Below are positions 1-8,858 of a DNA stretch of 64,000 bases, piece by piece. Origin of the DNA: an uncultured Candidatus Saccharibacteria bacterium (GTDB taxonomy: Bacteria; Patescibacteriota; Doudnabacteria; UBA920); assembly GCA_964483665.1 (NCBI GenBank), contig CAZACP010000003.1:29692-93691 (forward strand), read 5' to 3'. A program made the position numbers and the translations under genes. The notes below the pieces were generated by a model. It searched no databases and was not told the DNA's origin. It worked only from the letters and a program-made list of their open reading frames with translations. The first letter of the stretch is position 1, and each line of letters begins with the position of its first letter.

Positions 1-700
1 TTTCCGTATCAGAGTCGATTTTGATATCTTTAACCCCGGCGGGGGTATTTAAATTTTTTATTTGAATGAGTTGTTCTACACTATTTACACCGTCACCCAA
101 AACTTGCGGGCTGTCTCCCCTTAAGACACCACATAATTCAAAATTTATTACAGTTGCCCTAAAAACCGGACCGAACAGCTGTTCTTCCACAACTACCCAA
201 AAACACAATTTTTTAGAAATCTCATACGCGCTTTGTAAGTCAGAAATCGATGAAACATAAGTTGTACTATGTCTGCCCCTTGATCCAGCTCTGGGCTTTA
301 CAATAACAGGTTTTTCAATATGTTGAAAAATTTTTTTTGCCTCAAAAAAATTCCATACCGACCCGCCTTTGGGTACCGGCAACCCGGCTTTAACAAATTT
401 CTTTTTAAGAATGGCTTTGTCATCCATTGCATCTAAAGCGGCTCGGTCTATATTTTTTGGCCTCGGTAAACCACTAAATATTAGTGGGTAGTGGGTAGTG
501 GGTAGTGGGTAGCCAGCAACATATGTATCGAAAGGTTTGCCAAATAGTAATAATTCTTTCATTTTTATTCCCCGCTTTTGGGCTTCTTCCCACAAAACTT
601 TAGCTCGGCTAACTTTGCACTTATTTATGTCTTCATTAAACGTAACTATATGCAAAAACGCAGCGAGCTTAGTTAAGGGCAAAGAAAAATTCGGCAGGCT
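1..700 (-). CDS. ATP-grasp family ligase (RimK/D-Ala-D-Ala-ligase-like), 3' end truncated by window edge; start uncertain
   Basis: Reverse-strand translation is open from the stop at 881-883 to position 1. It contains ...KVLWEEAQKRGIKMKELLLFGKPFDTYVAGYPLPTTHYPLIFSGLPRPKNIDRAALDAMDDKAILKKKFVKAGLPVPKGGSVWNFFEAKKIFQHIEKPVIVKPRAGSRGRHSTTYV... (DK..K central-domain start and a K-P..GS.G motif typical of ATP-grasp). The only in-frame ATG is at 562, but 106 more codons are open upstream, so a TTG/GTG start near 650-860 is likely. It is not in the ORF track because it runs off the edge. Confidence 0.5.
482..512. repeat. Heptanucleotide tandem repeat (TAGTGGG)x4 inside the ATP-grasp coding sequence (encodes YPLPTTHYPL)
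   Basis: Direct reading of ttagtgggtagtgggtagtgggtagtgggtag. Confidence 0.9.
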
Positions 701-845
701 GGCAAAAGAAAAAATTTTTATCAACCTTTGCCTAATAGGCGAAAGTAAAATATTCAAACTTTCAAAAAACCAATAAATAAAATGCGGTACAGGGTTATTG
801 CCGCAATACTGGCAGTTTAGTTTAGCTGATTTATTTTTTAGAGGG

Positions 846-1328
846 TTACTTTCCACGCTTAAAATAATACGTTCCGGCAGTCAACACTAAAATCAAAAAT
901 AAAACAAAAATTGTGTTTTTTATTAGACCATTTTCAGTACTAAAAATACGGGAAGGCGAAAACCAATCCAAGTTATTTTTTTTTATCAATTCTCCACCGT
1001 CTTTTCCTGACAGGATTTTCTCATCTTCTAATTTTTCAGAATTATCGTCTGTTTGAGCTGAAGTTTCGGTTTTAAAATTAATATTTTTGCTAACATTCGG
1101 GAAACTGTCTTCAGGAATTGGCTGTAGCGGTTCAAGTTTAGGCACAGTTCCTTGAATAGCTGTAACAACTGGGGTAGGCAAAAAAACAAAAAAAACAAAA
1201 AAAATTGTTATAAAATATTTCATAATTTTAATGACAAAAACGACATATATTATCAAAAAAAGTCTTTTAACTGCCCCGAATGCACTGAAGGATCCCTCTT
1301 TCCCTTCGCTCACTCGGTAAGGCAACAA
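846..1328 (-). CDS. Hypothetical membrane protein (one strongly hydrophobic segment, Lys/Asn-rich tail)
   Basis: ORF track 160 aa; hydrophobic stretch LFLIIYVVFVIKIMKYFITIFFVFFVFL; true start may be internal. Confidence 0.4.
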   Translation of the reverse strand: MLPYRVSEGKEGSFSAFGAVKRLFLIIYVVFVIKIMKYFITIFFVFFVFLPTPVVTAIQGTVPKLEPLQPIPEDSFPNVSKNINFKTETSAQTDDNSEKLEDEKILSGKDGGELIKKNNLDWFSPSRIFSTENGLIKNTIFVLFLILVLTAGTYYFKRGK

Positions 1329-1367
1329 TTTATTTAAAAGTATTGTTTGCTCTTTTTTTCATTTATT

Positions 1368-2804
1368 TTAATCGCTATTCCAACTAATTGTTTGATAACC
1401 TTCGGCCGAGAGAGGAAAAGAAGGTGGCGGGCCAAAAAGCAAATTGCCGTCATAAGTTGTGTTGGTGTTGCAATAACCAGAAGTACAATTACCACTTCCG
1501 TTTACCCAGCTCCACGTCCAAACCCCAAAGCTTGAGACCGCTCCAAAAATTGTAATCTGAGTTTTTAGGTTGCCTGAAAAATCATACCTCTGTATACTAC
1601 CATTTTGCGCTATCATTGCCGCGTTAATTTCTAAATTATCTGGCGCGAAATAACTTACCAAAACGTCTTTTTGTCCTATTAACCCCAACACATGGTTTCC
1701 GTTTTTGGCGGTATAAACAATATTATTTGGAATAACAATACTAGGCGCGCTTGCTGCATTGTATGGTAATTTTGCAGCTGCAACCAAAACCTTTCCGTTT
1801 ACAATACCTTCAACCCAAGTCTTGTCCTCAATGTAGATCAAACCATTTGTGGGCATTTGGTAATTCTGGGTTCCGGCTAAGCTTGGATTACCATCTAATT
1901 TTGTTCGTGCCCCTCCGCCTGTTCCATAATCTATATCTTCATTGTGCGCTTGCCCATTTACATCATACCCTGTTGCGTGACTTCTTAAAGAATTTACTCT
2001 ATATATTGAAATTGTTGAGTCATTGTTAAATACCAAAGAATATCCTTGGGCACTTGAGGGTGGCAAATAAATTCCTGCAGACTGTGCCCCGCTTTTTATT
2101 GCAGCTAAATCAGAAGTTATTGAAGAAAAATCCACATTAGGAACCGGGAAATTCCAAAAGGCTCTAGTCGAAATAGGCGCCAAACCCCAAATACCTGGTT
2201 TACTTTGCGCCGGGCTGCACCCATGGTAAGTTTGGCAAGTATAGGTTGTTTTTGAAGAAGTTATTAATGCATTACCAGTACCATCAAAATGAATACCGCC
2301 ATTCGCGTGCATTTCCCCATTAATACTTTCAGTATCGCCTACCCATACATCCGTATTCGTTAAAAAGGCGTATTTAGCCAAAGAAGGTACCCCATAGCGC
2401 ACGGTAATTGTTCTTTTTGTATTTGGATTTTGTAAAGTGTAACCTGTAGATTTTATAGTTACAATTGTAGAGCCAACACTTGGAGGTGTTATTTGCAGGC
2501 TATATTCTCCTATTTTTTTATTGGTGTCTTTGTCTATAAAATCGTGGATATAAGGTCCCGGGCTGGTTGAAGTAGCATTGCCGTCGTAATAATCTGTCGC
2601 GAAATGCGCTAATCTCCACTGATAATAATTTGCTCCTGCTTCCGCTATCTGAAAGGCTTGCTCGCGGGCTACAGTATTTTTAACTAGTCTTACTTGAACC
2701 GATGCGTAAGACAAAACCGCCAGCATAACCATAGAAAAAATAAAGATTACAATAACAGTGTAAATTAATGTACTTCCGGAGTTAAATTGATCACGATTGA
2801 CCAT
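1368..2804 (-). CDS. Type IV pilus minor pilin / PilX-like assembly protein (N-terminal TM helix plus AFQIAEAGANYY PilX_N-like motif), large secreted C-terminal domain
   Basis: N-terminus MVNRDQFNSGSTLIYTVIVIFIFSMVMLAVLSYASVQVRLVKNTVAREQAFQIAEAGANYY resembles the PilX N-terminal domain; it is first of three co-oriented pilin-like genes. Confidence 0.6.
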   Translation of the reverse strand: MVNRDQFNSGSTLIYTVIVIFIFSMVMLAVLSYASVQVRLVKNTVAREQAFQIAEAGANYYQWRLAHFATDYYDGNATSTSPGPYIHDFIDKDTNKKIGEYSLQITPPSVGSTIVTIKSTGYTLQNPNTKRTITVRYGVPSLAKYAFLTNTDVWVGDTESINGEMHANGGIHFDGTGNALITSSKTTYTCQTYHGCSPAQSKPGIWGLAPISTRAFWNFPVPNVDFSSITSDLAAIKSGAQSAGIYLPPSSAQGYSLVFNNDSTISIYRVNSLRSHATGYDVNGQAHNEDIDYGTGGGARTKLDGNPSLAGTQNYQMPTNGLIYIEDKTWVEGIVNGKVLVAAAKLPYNAASAPSIVIPNNIVYTAKNGNHVLGLIGQKDVLVSYFAPDNLEINAAMIAQNGSIQRYDFSGNLKTQITIFGAVSSFGVWTWSWVNGSGNCTSGYCNTNTTYDGNLLFGPPPSFPLSAEGYQTISWNSD

Positions 2805-2829
2805 AATTGACCATAATTGACCATAATTG
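2799..2829. repeat. Tandem 10-mer (GACCATAATT)x3 overlapping the PilX-like start; on the coding strand this reads ATGGTCAATT x3, creating three nested ATG codons
   Basis: Direct reading gaccataattgaccataattgaccataattg; the annotated ATG is at 2802-2804. Confidence 0.9.
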
Positions 2830-2881
2830 TTTTTAAATTTTGATCAATTTTACTTAATTTTAATTAATTTTGCTCAATTTC

Positions 2882-3529
2882 TTAGTCTCCCAAATTTGTT
2901 TTTAAATTCCTTATAGTTCCACCGGCTGTTAAAGTAAAAAAATTGTTATTTAAGACACCTGCTTTATTATATACTTTTAAATTTATTTTCAAATATTTAA
3001 CCGCAGTTACACTTACGGGCTGGGCAAGCGAAGTTTGGGTAGATGATCCCACATAGCTGTTATCATAATAATAAAACAGGGGCGTAGTACTGGAATTGGC
3101 AATGTCGTTTTGAACCAAGACTGAAACTTCGGTGCTTGTAGGGTAACTAGTCCCATTGTACTCAACAACCCCCTTGTACAATTTACCATTTTGTAAAAAA
3201 TACCTAATTCTTTCAATAGACGAATCCTTGTCGGCATTACTGTAATATGCCACTTGTTGGTCGCCAGCAATTTCTAGCGCATAGGCGCCATTGGCACCTG
3301 TTTGGGCATTTCTCAGCTCGTTAATAATTCCAAAAGCCACTTTACGCGCTTGGTCTGTATCTGCTAACAAATCTGACTGCTTGCGGCTACCCGTAACAAT
3401 TTGAGAAACCAAAGCAACTAAGCCTAACATAATTATCGCGAATGCAAAAATTGAAACCACGGTTTCAATTAGGGTAAACCCGTGACTGAAATTTGAAATT
3501 TGAAATTTGAAATTTGAAATTTTTCTCAT
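2882..3529 (-). CDS. Type IV pilin-like / pseudopilin with prepilin cleavage-methylation motif (GFTLIE)
   Basis: MRKISNFKFQISNFSHGFTLIETVVSIFAFAIIMLGLVALV: classic G/FTLIE N-methylation site followed by a hydrophobic helix. Confidence 0.8.
   Translation of the reverse strand: MRKISNFKFQISNFSHGFTLIETVVSIFAFAIIMLGLVALVSQIVTGSRKQSDLLADTDQARKVAFGIINELRNAQTGANGAYALEIAGDQQVAYYSNADKDSSIERIRYFLQNGKLYKGVVEYNGTSYPTSTEVSVLVQNDIANSSTTPLFYYYDNSYVGSSTQTSLAQPVSVTAVKYLKINLKVYNKAGVLNNNFFTLTAGGTIRNLKTNLGD
3487..3521. repeat. Heptanucleotide tandem repeat (TGAAATT)x5, i.e. AAATTTC x5 on the coding strand, in the leader peptide of the pilin gene (codons 3-14)
   Basis: Direct reading tgaaatttgaaatttgaaatttgaaatttgaaatt immediately 3' of the start codon at 3527-3529 (minus strand); it encodes ISNFKFQISNF. 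Confidence 0.9.
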
Positions 3530-5337
3530 GGGCTCATTAAAATTTCAAGGCTCTGGTTCCCATTAATATTCAAAGTATTAATTGTCTGGGTCTGGTACCC
3601 GGGGATACTAACCTCCAAAGAATGATTACCGGCATAAAGTTCACCAAACCAAACTTGCCCTGGGGTAAAACATCCGGAAATGTAATTAATATTTACCGAA
3701 GTGAATACCGGCGTAATATATGGGTCAGAACTAGACAAATACGCCTTGTATCTTACATAACGATTATTGTCTAGCGCCGAAGTAATATTGCTTCCAGGAA
3801 CTGTATAATAAGTAGACGAAGTTCCGTCAGGCCCCACATAATTCCAAGTTGCGTTATCATTATTAGCCGCAAGCTGAAAGCTTAAAGATGTTGAAGAGCT
3901 CTGGGAAGGAGGATCCCAAGTTAAAGTAGTAAAATTTGAAAGCCCTGTTCCTGTATCAAAAGTAGAACTTTCAAGCCACCCGCTTGAAACAAACAGCCCG
4001 ACGTCCTGCCTTAATCTGACACCAGTCGGAACTGAAGCAATATCAATATTTGCGTCGTCCTGAAAATACTTGTCGGGACTGGAAGTTGACCAATTCGCTT
4101 GTCCGCTTCCGCTACTCCAATCTATCTGCGTCCATACACTGCCTGAGGTATAACCGTAATAATCTTCAGAAGGAGGGCCAGTTTTCTGTAAATGAGCAAA
4201 AACATTTTCCAAAGCCGCTCCTGTCGCAGCATCTTTAACAACTAAAAGTAAACTATTGGAAGTAGAGTTTAAACCTAAAATTGTAGTAAACGTTTGAGTG
4301 GTATTTGGCATAACATCAATTTTCTGTATGGGCGAAGTACCAGCCACAACCCAAGACTGTCCGGTTAAAAGCGTCGGAGTATAAGAATCCCATTCCAAAC
4401 TATTTAACGCAATAAGCCCGCCCGATGAACTAAAATTTTCATTAAATTTTAAAACATCCGGGCTGGTTCCAATTAACTTAGCCCCACGAATATTAATATT
4501 AACACCATTCACATTTTGACACGATGTATTTAAAGTTTTAATATTAAGCGTCGAAATGAGATCGATGGAGAAACTTATCGTGGTAACTTGGCCGTCAATT
4601 ATGGTAGTGTCCGGCTTAATTGGGTTTGGATTTGAAACCGTTGGCAGATAGGTCATATCAGAAGAATAACCAGCCTTGGTAACAACAATATGGTAGCCGT
4701 TAACTTTTGCCGGAAGACCAACTTCAATCCATTGACCGGCTGAGTCGCTTGTTCGGTCTAAAATAATAGTCGGAGCCGTGGTCGTTGATTCTATATGAAT
4801 ACTGGCACCCGACACCGGCTGACCGCTTGAGTTAAAAACTTTTATTAAAAGAGCTCCCGCATTTAATGTTCCTTCCAAGCCCTTTGGTACAACATTAGTA
4901 GAAAAAGTTGAAACCTGGTTGGTAGTAGTATTTAAAATTGTCATTTTTACCTGCTTATAGTCTGCGGGTTCAGCGTCTGCCGGAGCCAGACCGTCGGCGG
5001 GGTCGTCTATGTATGTTACTTCGTAATAAATTTTGTAGGTATAACTTTCAATTCTTGTTGTAATAGCGTTTGTTAAGTCAACCAAAGGCCCGTTGGGGTT
5101 GCCCACAACAGTTCCCACTTGACTGTAGGGCATATTTTTTACAATTTCCATATAGTTATCCGCTAAAGAAGCCAGAATGGTTTTTTCCCTTGCTACCTTA
5201 ACTGTTTTGGTTAAAGCTGCGTACGAGCCAATAACCCCAAGCGCAATAATTGCAAAAATCGCCAAACTCATAAGAGCCTCGAGCAGAGTAAACCCGGAAC
5301 GATTAACAATTAACGATTTACATTTAACCTTTTGCAT
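3526..5337 (-). CDS. Large type IV pilin-like protein (prepilin motif GFTLLE, 603 aa)
   Basis: MQKVKCKSLIVNRSGFTLLEALMSLAIFAIIALGVIGSYAAL N-terminus; overlaps the next gene by 4 nt (operon). Confidence 0.75.
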   Translation of the reverse strand: MQKVKCKSLIVNRSGFTLLEALMSLAIFAIIALGVIGSYAALTKTVKVAREKTILASLADNYMEIVKNMPYSQVGTVVGNPNGPLVDLTNAITTRIESYTYKIYYEVTYIDDPADGLAPADAEPADYKQVKMTILNTTTNQVSTFSTNVVPKGLEGTLNAGALLIKVFNSSGQPVSGASIHIESTTTAPTIILDRTSDSAGQWIEVGLPAKVNGYHIVVTKAGYSSDMTYLPTVSNPNPIKPDTTIIDGQVTTISFSIDLISTLNIKTLNTSCQNVNGVNINIRGAKLIGTSPDVLKFNENFSSSGGLIALNSLEWDSYTPTLLTGQSWVVAGTSPIQKIDVMPNTTQTFTTILGLNSTSNSLLLVVKDAATGAALENVFAHLQKTGPPSEDYYGYTSGSVWTQIDWSSGSGQANWSTSSPDKYFQDDANIDIASVPTGVRLRQDVGLFVSSGWLESSTFDTGTGLSNFTTLTWDPPSQSSSTSLSFQLAANNDNATWNYVGPDGTSSTYYTVPGSNITSALDNNRYVRYKAYLSSSDPYITPVFTSVNINYISGCFTPGQVWFGELYAGNHSLEVSIPGYQTQTINTLNINGNQSLEILMSP

Positions 5338-5415
5338 TTTGTGATGGTTTTTGTTTCTTATTAAGGCCTAAAGTAGTATCTTTGCTTTCGGTGCAATCTG
5401 TGTATCTGTGAATAA

Positions 5416-6651
5416 TTATACCACAATTTCGGGCTCTTTGTCAGTCTGAAGCAAAATAGCTTTTTTTGAAAGCATTCGGGTAATTACAAAAAAAGACAAG
5501 CCGGAAATTAAAACCGTCAAGCTGTTCCATTTTAAAGCAAACAACAACCCGTAGCTGTCTGAAAATTTACCTACCAAAGCAGGACCTAACGTATCGCCTA
5601 TCAGGTGAATAATTAATACGTACAAAGCAAACGCCGAAGCCCTTAAATTTTTTGGCACAACTTCATGCATAACCGCCGTAACCGGACCATGATACACACT
5701 AAAAAAAACTGTGCCTAAAAAAAAGTAAATTATAAATAGAAATCGATTTTCTTCCGTAATTCCCAAATACATAAATGGAGCAGCTAAAGTCAAACTTAAA
5801 GCAACAGTCAGGCTTCGGCCATACGCAAACTTTTTGTGCAAATAGTCAGCAACCATACTCCCTAAAACCACGCCTATAATTCCGGCAAACATTAGAGTAG
5901 AACCTAAAACCAAACCGGCATCGCGCAAATTCATACCCTTGTAGCGGGAAATGAATTCCACGCCCCAGGTTATGTAAGCACCTGAAGCAAAAGTAGCGAA
6001 AATTCCGCTAACTATAATCCACCAAAAAGCTTTATTGCTTTTTAGGTCTAGCAGCTTAATTTTATGGTCATGTTGTAAAATTCTTACGTCTTTAAGCCTA
6101 TAAGCAGCCCACGAAAGCAGTAACCCCGCCGGAGAGACAATAAAAAAAGCTAAGCGCCAGTTATTAAAATAATAGGCTATAAGTCCTCCTAATATTGCGC
6201 CCAAAGTACCGCCCACTATCATGGCCGCATTAAACCAGCCTTGTGCGCGAGACCAATAGCTTTCAGGCACATTGTCGGAAATCATGGCAGTGGCTGCAGG
6301 GGCGTAAGCCGCCTCGCCTACCCCCACCGCGCCCCGAACAAATAATAACTGATAAAACTTGGAAGTCAACCCGGTTGCAAAACTCATTACGCTCCAAAAA
6401 CCTACCCCCGCGGCAATTATTACTTTTCGGCTCATACGGTCAGCTAATATTCCTAAAGGTAAACTAGCTAAAGAATGTACTAGCATAAACACCGAGGCTA
6501 AAAGACCTAACTGGAAATCTGAAATTCCAAATTCCGCTTTAATGTGCCCGAACAACGGAAAAACTACCTGCCTGTCCAGGTAGTTTATTAAGTTAATTAA
6601 AGACAAAACCCACAAAATCCGCTTTTGGCCGGAGGAAAGCTTATTTAACAT
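5416..6651 (-). CDS. MFS transporter
   Basis: 411 aa polytopic protein; MFS motif A-like GILADRMSRKVII between TM2 and TM3; about 12 hydrophobic segments. Confidence 0.8.
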   Translation of the reverse strand: MLNKLSSGQKRILWVLSLINLINYLDRQVVFPLFGHIKAEFGISDFQLGLLASVFMLVHSLASLPLGILADRMSRKVIIAAGVGFWSVMSFATGLTSKFYQLLFVRGAVGVGEAAYAPAATAMISDNVPESYWSRAQGWFNAAMIVGGTLGAILGGLIAYYFNNWRLAFFIVSPAGLLLSWAAYRLKDVRILQHDHKIKLLDLKSNKAFWWIIVSGIFATFASGAYITWGVEFISRYKGMNLRDAGLVLGSTLMFAGIIGVVLGSMVADYLHKKFAYGRSLTVALSLTLAAPFMYLGITEENRFLFIIYFFLGTVFFSVYHGPVTAVMHEVVPKNLRASAFALYVLIIHLIGDTLGPALVGKFSDSYGLLFALKWNSLTVLISGLSFFVITRMLSKKAILLQTDKEPEIVV

Positions 6652-6662
6652 TGCCTAAAACT

Positions 6663-6899
6663 TTATTTTAACAGCATTTTTTCTAGTTCGTTTTGTTGTT
6701 CTTCCAATTCCTGCAGCCTTTTACCGTCTTCCGACGACCATCTATTTCCATTAGATTCTACTTGACTATGTAATTCCTCTATTTGCGCTCTTACTTTTCT
6801 TAATTTTTCCTCGACACTCTCGCCCTGTTCAAAAGAAGGCTCATCCGGATTATTTAAATCCATTTCTAGACTTGGTTCTTGACCTCTTAATTCACTCAT
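6663..6899 (-). CDS. Small acidic coiled-coil protein, hypothetical
   Basis: 78 aa, heptad-rich EELHSQVESN...LQELEEQQNELEKMLLK. Confidence 0.45.
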   Translation of the reverse strand: MSELRGQEPSLEMDLNNPDEPSFEQGESVEEKLRKVRAQIEELHSQVESNGNRWSSEDGKRLQELEEQQNELEKMLLK

Positions 6900-6977
6900 A
6901 AATTTATTAATTAATTTTTTAAATTTTTCTCAATCTTATAATATTCTTGTCATTCTTTTAAATCTTGGTCAATCTTG

Positions 6978-8831
6978 TCAATTCCTTCTTACCCCTCCCC
7001 ACTCAACTACAGTAAAACCTTTTCTTTCAGGGGTGCGGATATTAAACCCTTGTACGGCTATTGGTTTTTCTAACGGCACAAAGTCCATTAAAATTCTAAT
7101 TACTGTGTCAGGCTTGGGGCTTACTTCCAAAGGCGCAAGTGCGTCCATAGTGCTATTGCCCATAAAAGTTACAAAATAGTACGGACTGCCTTGCATTTTA
7201 GGTTCCCAATATTCCATAAAATCAGCCGACTCCTTGGTGTTCAAACCGAGCTTAGCTAGCTTTTCTAACAAAAAATTGTGCGCATCTGCCTGGGCTACCA
7301 CAAAACCGCGGTCAGGGGTTTGGTACATTCCTCCCCGACCCTCCCAAAACAAATACGGATAAACTTTACCGTCCGCTAAATTAGTTATGTTGCTAACTGG
7401 GTCTGAAATTACATTCCAGCCTTGGTTATAAGCCGGCTCTGTAAAAGTAAAGCCGCCAACCGGACTTACCTTAACTGAAATTTTTTGCGTAGTTTCCGGA
7501 TACAAATATATTACCGGCTTGCCGCATTCAGCCATTGGCTGATACTTTGTTGATTTAAAACGAATGAATTTACCAAACTGGTCCTTCCAAAAGAATATTG
7601 GCCTACTGGCAATAAAGTTTTGATACGAGATCTTACTTTCACCTTCTGGTACATACATAGTCTCATATATATATGTAAGTTCGGGGCTATCTGAATTTTT
7701 ATAACCATAAACAGGCTGCCCGCCAATACTAGTAACGCCAATTTGTTTTAAATCCTCAAATTTTACTTTCGCAACATCCCGAAAGTTATTTGAACCGCAT
7801 CCGCCAATTGCCTGATACATATACTCTTGAGAATTAACTTTAGAATCAGACCAAGTCACGTATGGCACTTTCTGGTCAACAAATGGTATGTCTAACTGAT
7901 ACGTTCTAAGAGAACTGTCCGGGCCTTTTACATAAAAGCCATGTCTTTTTCCGTAACTATAAACACCCTCTAAATCTTCCTCTATCAGGGTGTCTGTATA
8001 GACATCGCCAACTTTCTCGTCAGTAAATACCTTTACTAAATTATCTTTACAAAAAAAATCAACACCGTTTTGGAAAAACCCCATTGACTTAACATAGCTA
8101 AACTTTGCATCCGGATTGCTTAAAATAAGCTGTTCAGGAAATTCTAAATCAGGCAACTCAAAATCATTGTCAACCACTAGCTTAGTTAGAAAAATATTAC
8201 TGTCAGGTTTATCGGGCAATGCATTTGAATATTTAGACAAATAGTAGTATTTTCCGTCCTTGCTAATAATCCTATACCGTTCGCCAACACTAGGTCCGTC
8301 CGGTGTTATCTGGCTTACAATAAAATCGCCCCCTGCGTACTTACCTTCTTTTATATGCCCGACTACGTAATTTACATCATAATACTGAGCCGTATAAACT
8401 CCTGAGACTTGATCCAGTTTTGCAAAAATTTTAAAATTTTCATTCTTTTTTGGCTCAATCCACTCAACCATTTTAGACCTACTTGTCACAATTTCTCCAC
8501 GATCTTTGCATTCCTGTGAGCCGTAAGCGTCTAGGTACGAAGTATCTGGTGTTGTTGGAGTTCCTGACATATCTGAAGTTTCAGGCCACGAGCTGCTATT
8601 AGCATTCTGTGAATTAATGTTTGACCCAGGCAAAGGCGGGACTGGCAAAATCAAATATTTATTTCTAATTTCCAAATAACCTAAAACCCCGCCAATTAAA
8701 ACCACAACCGCGACTATGCCGGTAATTGTCCAAACTTTTTTGGCCGGATAATGTTTTTGTGTGGGGGTAATTTGGGGAGCCGGAACCTGAGAATTTTGTT
8801 CGTCCATAGAATAGTTGATAGTTTGTAGCAA
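6978..8831 (-). CDS. Hypothetical membrane-anchored protein (N-terminal TM, 617 aa extracytoplasmic domain)
   Basis: TM segment WTITGIVAVVVLIGGVLGYL; no motif recognised. Confidence 0.55.
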   Translation of the reverse strand: MLQTINYSMDEQNSQVPAPQITPTQKHYPAKKVWTITGIVAVVVLIGGVLGYLEIRNKYLILPVPPLPGSNINSQNANSSSWPETSDMSGTPTTPDTSYLDAYGSQECKDRGEIVTSRSKMVEWIEPKKNENFKIFAKLDQVSGVYTAQYYDVNYVVGHIKEGKYAGGDFIVSQITPDGPSVGERYRIISKDGKYYYLSKYSNALPDKPDSNIFLTKLVVDNDFELPDLEFPEQLILSNPDAKFSYVKSMGFFQNGVDFFCKDNLVKVFTDEKVGDVYTDTLIEEDLEGVYSYGKRHGFYVKGPDSSLRTYQLDIPFVDQKVPYVTWSDSKVNSQEYMYQAIGGCGSNNFRDVAKVKFEDLKQIGVTSIGGQPVYGYKNSDSPELTYIYETMYVPEGESKISYQNFIASRPIFFWKDQFGKFIRFKSTKYQPMAECGKPVIYLYPETTQKISVKVSPVGGFTFTEPAYNQGWNVISDPVSNITNLADGKVYPYLFWEGRGGMYQTPDRGFVVAQADAHNFLLEKLAKLGLNTKESADFMEYWEPKMQGSPYYFVTFMGNSTMDALAPLEVSPKPDTVIRILMDFVPLEKPIAVQGFNIRTPERKGFTVVEWGGVRRN

Positions 8832-8858
8832 GCCGATTTATCGGCTCTATTTGCAAAG

